IMG/VR virus record: IMGVR_UViG_3300032214_001034
Coordinates: 1-64,000 of that record
Source of the DNA: a virus
Strand: one strand, 5' to 3'
DNA length: 64,000 nt
The notes beneath the pieces were generated by a model. That model had not been told where the DNA came from, ran no database searches, and saw nothing but the letters and a program-made list of their open reading frames with translations. The position numbers were made by a program, and so were the translations under genes. Below, piece after piece: positions 1 through 8,075 of this stretch. How positions within the stretch are numbered: position 1 is the first letter of the stretch; each line of letters starts with the position of its first letter.

Positions 1-156
1 CAATGGCAACGAATTCAAGATAGGATGAAAACTCCTGGTAAATCTATTGATCGTTACATGGACTATGCGTATAGTTGGATTGGTTGGGGGCATCATGGTG
101 CTCGCACTTCGTATGCTCATGATTATGCTTCCAGACTGATCACGGTAGAGGTTTGA
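1..156 (+). CDS. 3' end of a gene, probably a phage tail-type lysozyme domain protein (partial)
   Basis: Frame 1 is open from the window start (QWQRIQDRMKTPGKSIDRYMDYAYSWIGWGHHGARTSYAHDYASRLITVEV) to TGA at 154-156. It resembles the C-terminus of cyanophage tail-lysozyme-like proteins. Confidence 0.5.
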   Translation, partial: QWQRIQDRMKTPGKSIDRYMDYAYSWIGWGHHGARTSYAHDYASRLITVEV

Positions 157-187
157 TAAAATAAAATATAACAACAGAATAATAAAT

Positions 188-218
188 AGAGGGGAGTGGT
201 TGCTACTCCTCTTTTTTT
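188..218 (+). terminator. Intrinsic terminator
   Basis: Imperfect hairpin gaggggagtgg..ctactcctc followed by a T run. Confidence 0.55.
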
Positions 219-632
219 ATGTTTAATTTTAACTTTGGTAAGAAGAGACCAGATAAGAAGCAGATAATCTTTATAAGCGTCATACTCAGTGGTATTGTAG
301 CAACCCTCTCCCAATGCTCAGGAGTCCCCTCAGAGCGCCTCTGGGACCTCCTAGACGAGGTTCAGAGGTCTCTGTTCCCACAGACCATAATCAACGATGT
401 CCTGCTCCAGGATCCTGGCGTGGTGGATAGGAGAGTTGAGAGAGATGTGGATAAAGCAATAAGAGAATATGAACGCTTGACAAGAGATTCAGATCCACCT
501 AGAGTACCTTTGCCTAGGTTGATAGAGAAAGCTATAGATACTTCTAAGTGTTACTCTAAAGAGTGTAAAAAACTTGGAGGAGAAATGAGACTCTGTGCTC
601 CATGGATTGAAGACTGTGTTATAAGTGATTGA
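219..632 (+). CDS. Hypothetical protein with N-terminal hydrophobic segment
   Basis: 137 aa ORF with hydrophobic IIFISVILSGIVATL and a Cys-rich C-terminus. Confidence 0.7.
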   Translation: MFNFNFGKKRPDKKQIIFISVILSGIVATLSQCSGVPSERLWDLLDEVQRSLFPQTIINDVLLQDPGVVDRRVERDVDKAIREYERLTRDSDPPRVPLPRLIEKAIDTSKCYSKECKKLGGEMRLCAPWIEDCVISD

Positions 633-700
633 GACTTCAATTTAGTAAATCCTAGTAAATAAATATCTAAAAGTAATTTTTAGTTGTTTAATATCTTTCA

Positions 701-877
701 ATGAATACTTATTCTAGAGCTTTGCGACACATCAGTATGAAAGATGTTAAAGAAAAACACCAACAAAAACTTATTGAACAAAAAATACAAGAAGAAAAGC
801 AACAAAAAGAAGAAAAGTATATTGCTTCTATGATGGAAGAAAAAAAATATGACTGGAGAAAACCTCTAGAGGCTTGA
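701..877 (+). CDS. Small hypothetical protein (58 aa, below ORF-track cutoff)
   Basis: MNTYSRALRHISMKDVKEKHQQKLIEQKIQEEKQQ...DWRKPLEA, with TAAATA late motifs at 656-665. Confidence 0.55.
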   Translation: MNTYSRALRHISMKDVKEKHQQKLIEQKIQEEKQQKEEKYIASMMEEKKYDWRKPLEA

Positions 878-907
878 CAGGTCCAGAGCACCGTGCTATG
901 ATAAATA
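874..907 (+). promoter_or_regulatory. psbA promoter: sigma70-type plus overlapping late-promoter motif
   Basis: TTGACA (874-879), 17 bp spacer, TATGAT (897-902), with TAAATA at 902-907. Confidence 0.8.
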
Positions 908-949
908 GGTAAACAAATGTTACGGATTCCTCATAATTCGTAACATTGC

Positions 950-1052
950 TACTCCCATTAACCGAGACCTATGGGGAGTATAAATCACGTCTCTCATACC
1001 CACACTGGAGGGTGGTGTGGGGAATAACGTAATATCCAGTTCCCCCTGGACT
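950..1052 (+). ncRNA. PhotoRC-II-type cis-regulatory RNA in the psbA 5' UTR
   Basis: Pairings actccc/gggagt, gagac/gtctc (crossing), cccacac/gtgtggg and tccag/ctgga, directly upstream of a phage psbA as known for the PhotoRC-II motif. Confidence 0.7.
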
Positions 1053-1072
1053 TTTTACCTACCCTTTTTCAA

Positions 1073-2152
1073 ATGACTGCTACAATTTCACAACAACGAC
1101 AATCGAATACTTGGGAACAATTCTGTGAGTGGGTCACTTCGACCAACAACCGTCTTTATGTCGGTTGGTTTGGAACTCTAATGATTCCTACCCTGCTTGC
1201 TGCTACTATTTGCTTCATCGTTGCCTTCGTTGCTGCACCTCCTGTAGACATCGACGGAATCCGTGAACCCGTTGCTGGTTCACTCATGTACGGAAACAAC
1301 ATCATCTCTGGTGCTGTTATTCCTTCGTCCAACGCAATTGGACTGCACTTTTACCCCATCTGGGAAGCTGCTTCTCTGGATGAGTGGCTTTACAATGGTG
1401 GACCTTTCCAACTGATTGTGTTCCACTTCCTCATCGGCATCTACGCCTACATGGGTCGTGAGTGGGAACTTTCTTACCGTCTTGGTATGCGTCCTTGGAT
1501 CTGTGTTGCTTACAGCGCACCTGTTGCTGCTGCATCTGCAGTATTCCTGGTCTATCCTTTCGGTCAAGGTTCTTTCTCTGATGCGATGCCTCTTGGTATT
1601 TCTGGAACCTTCAACTACATGCTGGTGTTCCAGGCTGAGCACAACATCCTGATGCACCCCTTCCACATGCTTGGTGTGGCTGGTGTGTTCGGTGGTTCGC
1701 TGTTCAGTGCTATGCACGGTTCTCTGGTTACTTCCTCACTGGTTCGTGAAACTACTGAGCAAGAGTCACAGAATTATGGTTACAAGTTCGGTCAAGAAGA
1801 AGAGACTTATAACATCGTTGCTGCTCATGGCTATTTTGGTCGTCTTATCTTCCAATACGCTTCGTTCAACAACAGCCGTTCACTTCACTTCTTCCTTGCT
1901 GCTTGGCCTGTAGTTGGCATCTGGTTCACTGCTCTTGGTGTTTCCACGATGGCATTCAACCTCAACGGTTTCAACTTCAACCAGTCAATCATTGACTCTC
2001 AGGGTCGTGTGCTCAACACTTGGGCAGATGTTCTGAACCGTGCTGGTCTTGGTATGGAAGTAATGCACGAGCGTAATGCTCACAACTTCCCTCTCGATCT
2101 TGCTGCTGCTGAAAGCACCCCTGTTGCTCTCACCGCACCTGCAATCGGTTGA
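1073..2152 (+). CDS. psbA: Photosystem II reaction centre protein D1
   Basis: [31 protein letters not shown] and AHNFPLDLA; uninterrupted, no intron. Confidence 0.99.
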   Translation: MTATISQQRQSNTWEQFCEWVTSTNNRLYVGWFGTLMIPTLLAATICFIVAFVAAPPVDIDGIREPVAGSLMYGNNIISGAVIPSSNAIGLHFYPIWEAASLDEWLYNGGPFQLIVFHFLIGIYAYMGREWELSYRLGMRPWICVAYSAPVAAASAVFLVYPFGQGSFSDAMPLGISGTFNYMLVFQAEHNILMHPFHMLGVAGVFGGSLFSAMHGSLVTSSLVRETTEQESQNYGYKFGQEEETYNIVAAHGYFGRLIFQYASFNNSRSLHFFLAAWPVVGIWFTALGVSTMAFNLNGFNFNQSIIDSQGRVLNTWADVLNRAGLGMEVMHERNAHNFPLDLAAAESTPVALTAPAIG

Positions 2153-2179
2153 TTTACATCTAAATAACTGATAAAATAT

Positions 2180-2206
2180 GAGACCCCCTAAAAAGGGTCT
2201 CTTTTT
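2180..2206 (+). terminator. Intrinsic terminator after psbA
   Basis: gagaccc-cctaaaaa-gggtctc followed by ttttt. Confidence 0.75.
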
Positions 2207-2212
2207 ATTACT

Positions 2213-2479
2213 ATGAAAAAAAGAAAAACTATTTGGCGTTTATGGGCAAAAGCAATTGGAGAAAAAGCATCTAGATGTGACAGAGAATCTGATACTATTG
2301 CTTGGATACGCACCTTTATTTTTATTTCTTACCTGGTCACTAATTGCTTTATCGTGGCTGGAGTAATTCGACACTGGAACGATGATCACGACAACAACAC
2401 CTCACAAACTAGCGGAAATTATCAGAGATACTTGGCCAAATCTTTACAGACCCCAGAAACAGGTAGAAAAACCTATTGA
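2213..2479 (+). CDS. Cyanophage hypothetical membrane protein
   Basis: WRLWAKAIGEKA...IAWIRTFIFISYLVTNCFIVAGVIRHW, one predicted TM helix. Confidence 0.65.
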   Translation: MKKRKTIWRLWAKAIGEKASRCDRESDTIAWIRTFIFISYLVTNCFIVAGVIRHWNDDHDNNTSQTSGNYQRYLAKSLQTPETGRKTY

Positions 2480-2501
2480 CTCCAAACGTAAAGTTCTGTA
2501 A
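2382..2501 (+). CDS. Small hypothetical protein (39 aa)
   Basis: MITTTTPHKLAEIIRDTWPNLYRPQKQVEKPIDSKRKVL, overlapping the low-complexity tail of the previous ORF. Confidence 0.45.
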   Translation: MITTTTPHKLAEIIRDTWPNLYRPQKQVEKPIDSKRKVL

Positions 2502-2509
2502 ACTAAATA
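2476..2509 (+). promoter_or_regulatory. psbD promoter (sigma70-type plus late motif)
   Basis: TTGACT, 17 bp spacer, TAAACT, then TAAATA at 2504-2509; SD GGAGG before the start. Confidence 0.6.
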
Positions 2510-2533
2510 TGAGAAATAACAAACGGAGGTTTG

Positions 2534-3595
2534 ATGGTTTCATCTACATTACAACAACCAATTACACAAAGGGGATGGTTCGATGTTCTCGATGACTGGC
2601 TTAAGCGTGATCGGTTTGTTTTTGTCGGTTGGTCTGGCTTACTTTTATTTCCGACAGCTTATCTCGCTCTTGGTGGGTGGCTTACAGGGACCACCTTCGC
2701 AACTTCGTGGTACACCCATGGAATTGCGAGTTCATATCTTGAGGGGTGTAACTTTCTTACTGCTGCTGTATCTACTCCTGCTGATGCTCTCGGACATTCT
2801 CTTTTACTCTTATGGGGTCCTGAAGCTCAGGGAGATTTCGTCCGCTGGGTCCAACTTGGGGGACTCTGGACTTTTGTGGCGCTCCACGGAGCTTTCAGCC
2901 TGATTGGTTTCATGTTGCGTCAGTTTGAGATTGCTCGACTGGTTGGAATCCGTCCTTATAACGCAATCGCATTCTCTGGTCCTATCGCTGTATTCGTCAG
3001 CGTCTTCCTGATGTATCCTCTGGGTCAATCTAGTTGGTTCTTTGCTCCCTCCTTTGGTGTGGCAGCGATCTTCAGGTTCCTGCTGTTCCTTCAAGGTTTT
3101 CACAACTGGACTCTTAACCCATTCCACATGATGGGTGTAGCGGGTATTCTGGGTGGTGCTCTGCTTTGTGCAATTCACGGTGCTACTGTGGAGAATACTC
3201 TCTATGAAGATGGAGAACAGGCAAATACCTTTAAGGCTTTTGAACCGACGCAAGAGGAGGAAACTTATTCGATGGTTACTGCGAACCGTTACTGGTCACA
3301 GATTTTCGGTATTGCTTTTAGTAACAAGCGTTGGTTGCATTTCTTTATGCTCTTTGTTCCCGTCATGGGTTTATGGACATCTAGTATCGGTATTATTGGA
3401 CTTGCTCTTAATCTTCGTGCTTACGACTTTGTATCTCAAGAGATTCGTGCAGCGGAAGATCCGGAATTTGAAACGTTCTATACAAAGAACGTATTATTGA
3501 ATGAGGGGTTACGTGCTTGGATGTCACCAGTAGATCAACCTCACGAGAACTTTGTATTTCCAGAGGAAGTTCTCCCGAGGGGTAATGCACTCTAA
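2534..3595 (+). CDS. psbD: Photosystem II reaction centre protein D2
   Basis: [34 protein letters not shown] and [10 protein letters not shown]. Confidence 0.99.
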   Translation: MVSSTLQQPITQRGWFDVLDDWLKRDRFVFVGWSGLLLFPTAYLALGGWLTGTTFATSWYTHGIASSYLEGCNFLTAAVSTPADALGHSLLLLWGPEAQGDFVRWVQLGGLWTFVALHGAFSLIGFMLRQFEIARLVGIRPYNAIAFSGPIAVFVSVFLMYPLGQSSWFFAPSFGVAAIFRFLLFLQGFHNWTLNPFHMMGVAGILGGALLCAIHGATVENTLYEDGEQANTFKAFEPTQEEETYSMVTANRYWSQIFGIAFSNKRWLHFFMLFVPVMGLWTSSIGIIGLALNLRAYDFVSQEIRAAEDPEFETFYTKNVLLNEGLRAWMSPVDQPHENFVFPEEVLPRGNAL

Positions 3596-3605
3596 AATAA
3601 ATACA

Positions 3606-3630
3606 GGAGTTCTTTGGAACTCCTTTTTTT
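3606..3630 (+). terminator. Intrinsic terminator after psbD
   Basis: ggagttc-tttg-gaactcc followed by a T run. Confidence 0.8.
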
Positions 3631-3711
3631 ATGATCGGAATTCTTATATTCTTTATTATCTTCGGGATTTTTATGGTTCTCTTATCACTCACAGACCATT
3701 ATCATTATTGA
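3631..3711 (+). CDS. Possible 26 aa single-TM microprotein
   Basis: MIGILIFFIIFGIFMVLLSLTDHYHY; no clear SD. Confidence 0.3.
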   Translation: MIGILIFFIIFGIFMVLLSLTDHYHY

Positions 3712-3742
3712 TAAAATAAATACTCACAAGTCGCAAGCACTT

Positions 3743-4114
3743 ATGGGACCTCTCCAATCGCCTGAAGAATACTTGTTTAACTTACATGCAACAAGTCACT
3801 CAGAAGCAAAACGATTATGGAGGAAACAAATAAAAGAAAGTTGGAATCATAAATGTGCTTATTGTGGTTCAGAGGAAGATTTAACTCTGGACCATGTTAT
3901 TCCACAATCAAAAGGTGGATTAGATATTACGAGAAATGTAGTATGTTGCTGCAAATCTTGCAATCAATCCAAAGGGCATGACCACTGGAAATTGTGGTAT
4001 GTTCAACAAGACTTTTATTGTGAAGAGAAATTTGATACAATAGAAGAGTGGATGAAACCACCCAAACCAACTAATCTTTTTGCTTATCGCCCAAGAAAAA
4101 ATATTAGATACTAG
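3743..4114 (+). CDS. HNH endonuclease
   Basis: CAYCG...LTLDHVIPQSKGG...NVVCCCKSCNQSKG zinc-binding HNH signature; TAAATA at 3717-3722. Confidence 0.9.
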   Translation: MGPLQSPEEYLFNLHATSHSEAKRLWRKQIKESWNHKCAYCGSEEDLTLDHVIPQSKGGLDITRNVVCCCKSCNQSKGHDHWKLWYVQQDFYCEEKFDTIEEWMKPPKPTNLFAYRPRKNIRY

Positions 4115-4147
4115 CAATTTTATACATAAAGAGGTTGCTTTTTATAA

Positions 4148-4309
4148 ATGAAAACCCTAACACTCACAGAAGACCAAGTAAAACTTCTGGCGGATGCCGT
4201 ATGGATGCGTCAAAGATGTTTCATTGCTGGTGATAAAAGATTTAAAGAGTATGGTACGATGTTGGAAAATATTATTGGAGACCTTGAATATACACCATCA
4301 AGATATTGA
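4148..4309 (+). CDS. Small hypothetical protein (53 aa)
   Basis: MKTLTLTEDQVKLLADAVWMRQRCFIAGDKRFKEYGTMLENIIGDLEYTPSRY fills the intergenic gap. Confidence 0.55.
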   Translation: MKTLTLTEDQVKLLADAVWMRQRCFIAGDKRFKEYGTMLENIIGDLEYTPSRY

Positions 4310-4330
4310 AATAATTGCTTTGAGCAAATA

Positions 4331-4359
4331 TTTACAGGAAATCAATAGTGTCTTATAAT
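4331..4359 (+). promoter_or_regulatory. sigma70-type promoter
   Basis: TTTACA, 17 bp spacer, TATAAT; TAAATA also at 4370-4375. Confidence 0.6.
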
Positions 4360-4397
4360 TAGAACACAATAAATAATCTACAAAAATAAAAAGATAA

Positions 4398-4634
4398 ATG
4401 ACATTTACAGTTTATTCGAAAGACGGTTGCCCATATTGCACTAAGGTAGAACAAGTGCTACAATTAGCTGACCTGAAGCATGTTATTTACAAACTGAATA
4501 CAGATTTTACCCGCGAAGAATTTTACGCGGAGTTTGGTCAAGGATCCACATTCCCTCAAGTGATTGTTGATGACAAACATATTGGTGGATGTTCAGACAC
4601 TGTTCAATATCTTAAGGAGCAAAATTTGGTTTAA
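4398..4634 (+). CDS. nrdC: Glutaredoxin (NrdC-like)
   Basis: CPYC active site, TFPQV and IGG motifs. Confidence 0.9.
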   Translation: MTFTVYSKDGCPYCTKVEQVLQLADLKHVIYKLNTDFTREEFYAEFGQGSTFPQVIVDDKHIGGCSDTVQYLKEQNLV

Positions 4635-4993
4635 TGGACAACAACTTCCGCGAAATCTACACCGATGTTGAGAAAGCAATTGACTATGCTTTTGAAGGAC
4701 AGTTTGTTTTAAAATTTTATGACTATTTGAAAGTTCGTGGAACTAAAAAATTAGAAGTGGATGAGTTTATTGTAAGCAACACTGCTGTGGAATTAAATGA
4801 TCTAGTAAAGGAACTTGAAGAATATCTTGAAGGTGGTACAGACAATAATCATAAAATGCTTCGTGAAGCATATGGTCACATTCCCAAACCACAAGCAAGA
4901 AAAATTAAAAATTATCTAAGTGCCATCTTGGATGATGCTAAAAAATATAGCTATGACAGAAGACCTGGACGACGAAAAAAGATCTCTAAATAA
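4634..4993 (+). CDS. Cyanomyovirus hypothetical protein
   Basis: 119 aa, translationally coupled; LREAYGHIPKPQARKIKNYL. Confidence 0.75.
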   Translation: MDNNFREIYTDVEKAIDYAFEGQFVLKFYDYLKVRGTKKLEVDEFIVSNTAVELNDLVKELEEYLEGGTDNNHKMLREAYGHIPKPQARKIKNYLSAILDDAKKYSYDRRPGRRKKISK

Positions 4994-5159
4994 GTCAGAA
5001 CCCGAAATTAATCGGGGAGTTGAGTTATTACTACGCAATAGGAGGAGAAGATCAGAAAAACCAAAAACTTTTCAAGTGAAGTTTGGTAAAATGATCTCTC
5101 TCTTCCGAAGAGAGTTTCATTTCTTTATCGACTTTCACTTCGATATTAGGAAAAAATAA
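4953..5159 (+). CDS. Hypothetical protein
   Basis: Basic ORF (INRGVELLLRNRRR); start uncertain. Confidence 0.6.
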   Translation: MTEDLDDEKRSLNKSEPEINRGVELLLRNRRRRSEKPKTFQVKFGKMISLFRREFHFFIDFHFDIRKK

Positions 5160-5178
5160 AACTCTCTGGAGAAAAAAG

Positions 5179-5400
5179 ATGTTAGCAGTAACTCTAACCA
5201 TAGGAACATTGGTCTCAATCATGTTCTTTTTTGTAGGAGGAGTAGTAGGATGGTTGGCAAAAGAACACTTCTACCAAACTCAACCAGTTTATACACACCC
5301 AGAGATGTTTGATGAAAATGGGAATGTGATACCAGATGAAATTTTAGCAGTACGATTTGAAAACGATTATGACTACGACGACGAAGAAGACGACGACTAG
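5179..5400 (+). CDS. Hypothetical membrane protein
   Basis: N-terminal TM helix, HPEMFDENGN, acidic tail; SD GGAG. Confidence 0.75.
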   Translation: MLAVTLTIGTLVSIMFFFVGGVVGWLAKEHFYQTQPVYTHPEMFDENGNVIPDEILAVRFENDYDYDDEEDDD

Positions 5401-5953
5401 AAGTAAGAAGTCTTCTACAACAAATAATACCAAACTGCCTACAAATCCTTTTCAGCATGAAATTCTTGCTCTCGTAAGCTCTCAACGATCTAATGCAAAA
5501 AAGGTAGAACTCCTTCAGGAGTATGCAAATCCAGCTCTTAAGTCCATTCTTATTTGGAACTTTGATGAGTCTGTGATTAGTCTTCTTCCTGAAGGAGATG
5601 TGCCCTATGCAGATGCAAACGATCAAACAGTTTACTCTGGAAGTCTTTCCGATAATCTGAAGAGAGAAGCTGCTGGTGGAGAATCTGCAACTGGTCAAGA
5701 TTTGGATGGCAGAGGACGCACATCTCTTCGCAAAGAATTCCAAAACCTTTACCATTTTGTAAAGGGTGGTAATATGAAACTGAATAATATTCGAAGAGAG
5801 ATGATGTTTATTAATCTCCTTCGTGCTCTTCATCCTATGGAAGCAGAGTTATTAATTCTTGTTAAAGATAAAAATCTTGAATCTAAATATAAGATCACTA
5901 AAGAAACAGTAGCAGAGGCATATCCCGATATTCAGTGGGGTGGTCGTTCATGA
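5369..5953 (+). CDS. T4-like cyanophage hypothetical protein
   Basis: LIWNFDESVISLLPEGDVPY...RREMMFINLL..LHPMEAELL. Confidence 0.75.
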   Translation: MTTTTKKTTTRSKKSSTTNNTKLPTNPFQHEILALVSSQRSNAKKVELLQEYANPALKSILIWNFDESVISLLPEGDVPYADANDQTVYSGSLSDNLKREAAGGESATGQDLDGRGRTSLRKEFQNLYHFVKGGNMKLNNIRREMMFINLLRALHPMEAELLILVKDKNLESKYKITKETVAEAYPDIQWGGRS

Positions 5954-6288
5954 CTACTGCTGTAAGTACGGAGAAAAATATGTCAGATTACGGAAGAGAT
6001 GAAAGAGTAGTTCTTCCTTCTAGCTATGGATGCAATATTCTATTAGAGAATACTACATTAGAAACTGCAAAAGATCCTTCTTTCCCCAGTGACGCATACC
6101 TAATTTGGTATATTGTTGATGAAAAGCAAATTATTGATTTGGTAAGAGGATCAAGAACACGTATTTTTGATATGTATTACGACAAATATGGTCCTGGTGT
6201 AATTCAAAAAATTGACTTTGGATATGGCAGAACTAATCCTAAACTGTGGGGATATAAACAACCTGAGAAGAAAAAGAAAGGACGATGA
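5950..6288 (+). CDS. Hypothetical protein
   Basis: ATGA overlap with the upstream gene; IFDMYYDKYG...GYGRTNPKLWG. Confidence 0.7.
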   Translation: MTTAVSTEKNMSDYGRDERVVLPSSYGCNILLENTTLETAKDPSFPSDAYLIWYIVDEKQIIDLVRGSRTRIFDMYYDKYGPGVIQKIDFGYGRTNPKLWGYKQPEKKKKGR

Positions 6289-6503
6289 GCGAAGGTTTTA
6301 AAGGTTTTGCAAAACCTGCAAAAGATAAAGAATTTAAACTCTATATTAAAAACAGAGAAGTAGAGAAACTTATTAAGGAATATAAGAAACTTAAGAAGTA
6401 TCAAAAATCATCTATTTTTGAAATTGAAAAACTTTGTGGACAAGAAACAAAAATAGATAAACTAATCAACGAATATGGGATAGACCCCGAAGCAATTGAA
6501 TAA
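6285..6503 (+). CDS. Hypothetical protein
   Basis: 72 aa, ATGA-coupled. Confidence 0.65.
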   Translation: MSEGFKGFAKPAKDKEFKLYIKNREVEKLIKEYKKLKKYQKSSIFEIEKLCGQETKIDKLINEYGIDPEAIE

Positions 6504-6829
6504 TGGGAAAGCATTATCTTCTTAATTTGTATGGATGCTCGTTTGTCCTTTTGGACGACGAGCGTTGTCTTATTGACCTACTGGAAAACGCAGCAGTTGC
6601 TAGTGGCGCTACTGTGATTCAGACTATCTCAAAGAAGTTTGAACCACAAGGTGTAACTGTAGTCTGTTTGCTTTCAGAAAGTCATATCAGTATTCATACT
6701 TGGCCTGAGGAAGGTAAGGCTGCAGTAGATGTTTATACTTGTGGTGATTGCAATCCCAAGATTGGTTGTGATATTATCATTCAACAACTTTATGCAACAG
6801 AACATACGCTCAGTTATATTGAGCGTTAG
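6503..6829 (+). CDS. speD: S-adenosylmethionine decarboxylase proenzyme
   Basis: MGKH...FEPQGVT...LLSESHISIHTWPE (ES self-cleavage site)...DVYTCG. Confidence 0.92.
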   Translation: MGKHYLLNLYGCSFVLLDDERCLIDLLENAAVASGATVIQTISKKFEPQGVTVVCLLSESHISIHTWPEEGKAAVDVYTCGDCNPKIGCDIIIQQLYATEHTLSYIER

Positions 6830-6856
6830 ATAAATACACTATATCTGGAGAAGACT

Positions 6857-7174
6857 ATGCTCTCTACTCAATATCGTCTTCGTCTTGAAGCAATTTGTGA
6901 ACGTATTGTAAAAGGCGAATCCGTAGAGTTAAGTGATATGATATGGGCAGAGAAGTTGGCAAAGTCCAATCGCTCTGCTGCTACTATTTTAAGACAAGCA
7001 AGACGCCGTGCTTCTAATCCTAATATGACTGAAGATAGTCTAGATGGGTTTATGAATGCTCTTGACTTAGGAGATCCTGACCCATCAAATCATAGAACTG
7101 GATTTAATAGTGCTGATGACATTATTGATTTCTTCACTGGAGATAAACCAGAAGACTGGCGACAAAGAGATTAA
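6857..7174 (+). CDS. Cyanophage hypothetical protein
   Basis: MLSTQYRLRLEAIC..., with late motif TAAATA at 6831-6836 and SD GGAG. Confidence 0.75.
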   Translation: MLSTQYRLRLEAICERIVKGESVELSDMIWAEKLAKSNRSAATILRQARRRASNPNMTEDSLDGFMNALDLGDPDPSNHRTGFNSADDIIDFFTGDKPEDWRQRD

Positions 7175-7187
7175 AATATTATAAAAT

Positions 7188-7203
7188 TGTATCACAAGTT
7201 ACA
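7188..7203. promoter_or_regulatory. NtcA-type binding site
   Basis: tGTA-tcacaagt-TACa matches the TGTA-N8-TACA consensus. Confidence 0.6.
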
Positions 7204-7211
7204 ACAAAAAA

Positions 7212-7240
7212 TTGCTACATATATTGAATAGGTCTATAAT
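7212..7240 (+). promoter_or_regulatory. sigma70-type promoter for the riboswitch operon
   Basis: TTGCTA, 17 bp spacer, TATAAT; the predicted TSS falls at the 5' end of the aptamer. Confidence 0.7.
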
Positions 7241-7247
7241 GACCTTA

Positions 7248-7341
7248 CGTTCATCCCTATGGGACGGAAGTAAGCCGACGCGGAACGGATCGTTCATTCG
7301 CTATTCGCAAATAGCGAACGCAAACGCCGACTGAAGGAACG
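7248..7341 (+). ncRNA. Tandem glnA-motif (glutamine) riboswitch
   Basis: Two CGTTC...GAACG P1 units (7248-7287 and 7291-7341) with P2 hairpins, GGAAGTA and TGAAG elements, upstream of a DUF4278-type gene. Confidence 0.8.
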
Positions 7342-7374
7342 CTCTTTAACCTAAAAAACTAAGGAGAAAACCTA

Positions 7375-7512
7375 ATGTCTAAAGTAGTTTATCGCGGTGT
7401 AGAGTATGATACTCAGAAGCGTCTTGAGTATCAGCAGCAAATGATGCAGCAACCCCAACAGTACAACGAAACCTATCGTGGTGTTAAGTTTGTAAAGGAG
7501 GGTCACAAGTGA
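7375..7512 (+). CDS. DUF4278-type small protein (45 aa)
   Basis: MSKVVYRGVEYD...ETYRGVKF with two YRG motifs; strong SD AAGGAG. Confidence 0.8.
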   Translation: MSKVVYRGVEYDTQKRLEYQQQMMQQPQQYNETYRGVKFVKEGHK

Positions 7513-7610
7513 TGCAGAAACTCAACGTACTTCAACTCATTAAAGAGCAGAAGCAAAAAGAGCAACGTCGTCACCAAGCACTGCTTGCAAACGCAGGAGC
7601 GGGTAAGTGA
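7512..7610 (+). CDS. Small basic peptide (32 aa)
   Basis: MQKLNVLQLIKEQKQKEQRRHQALLANAGAGK; TGATG coupling and SD GGAGG. Confidence 0.55.
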   Translation: MQKLNVLQLIKEQKQKEQRRHQALLANAGAGK

Positions 7611-7693
7611 TTGCTACGATTGCATCTATTACAGTTGCATCGACTGCATTCATTTATATAATTTATTTTGAAGTTCTATTGCTAAACAAGTAA
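7607..7693 (+). CDS. Small hydrophobic peptide (28 aa)
   Basis: GTG start overlapping the upstream TGA, SD AGGAG; IATIASITVASTAFIYIIYFEVLLLNK. Confidence 0.4.
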   Translation: MIATIASITVASTAFIYIIYFEVLLLNK

Positions 7694-7848
7694 TGGAAGA
7701 CTATCATTATCACTATGATGATATGGACAAGGACAATAGGGGTCCTGCTTGTTATCTTTTAACATATCGTGGATGCCGATATTGGTCTTGTTATCGTATT
7801 CATCTGGTGGAATGGTTTGAAAAAATGTTTAATGTAGAGGGGTCTTGA
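7693..7848 (+). CDS. Small protein with LTYRG motif (51 aa)
   Basis: MEDYHYHYDDMDKDNRGPACYLLTYRGCRYWSCYRIHLVEWFEKMFNVEGS; TAATG coupling. Confidence 0.55.
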   Translation: MEDYHYHYDDMDKDNRGPACYLLTYRGCRYWSCYRIHLVEWFEKMFNVEGS

Positions 7849-7864
7849 CACCCCTCTTTTTTTT
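7836..7864 (+). terminator. Intrinsic terminator
   Basis: agaggggt-cttgac-acccctct followed by a T run. Confidence 0.8.
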
Positions 7865-7873
7865 AACTATAAT
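7845..7873 (+). promoter_or_regulatory. Consensus sigma70 (early) promoter
   Basis: TTGACA, 17 bp spacer, TATAAT. Confidence 0.85.
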
Positions 7874-7895
7874 ACCTTTGTTAAGGTTGATTCAG

Positions 7896-8075
7896 ATGGA
7901 TAGAGAAAAGCTTAAGCTGATTGTCAAAAACCTTGAGTCTCTGGTAGAATGTTTAAAGTCAGAAGTTTATTCTGATGTAGATTCATATAAGATGAACTAC
8001 GAAGAGATTTCAAATCACATTACTGATTACGACGAAGTATTTTATGACGGAGATGACGATGGATACCCAGATTGA
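7896..8075 (+). CDS. Hypothetical protein
   Basis: MDREKLKLIVKNLESLVECLKSEVYSD with acidic tail. Confidence 0.7.
   Translation: MDREKLKLIVKNLESLVECLKSEVYSDVDSYKMNYEEISNHITDYDEVFYDGDDDGYPD

Noticed and set aside
909-953. NtcA boxes upstream of psbA
   Set aside because: GTA..TAC spacings are N9 and N7, not N8.
1073-3595. Group I intron in psbA or psbD, and the antisense ORFs 1280..1717 and 2810..3253
   Set aside because: Both genes are full length and uninterrupted. The antisense ORFs reflect codon bias.
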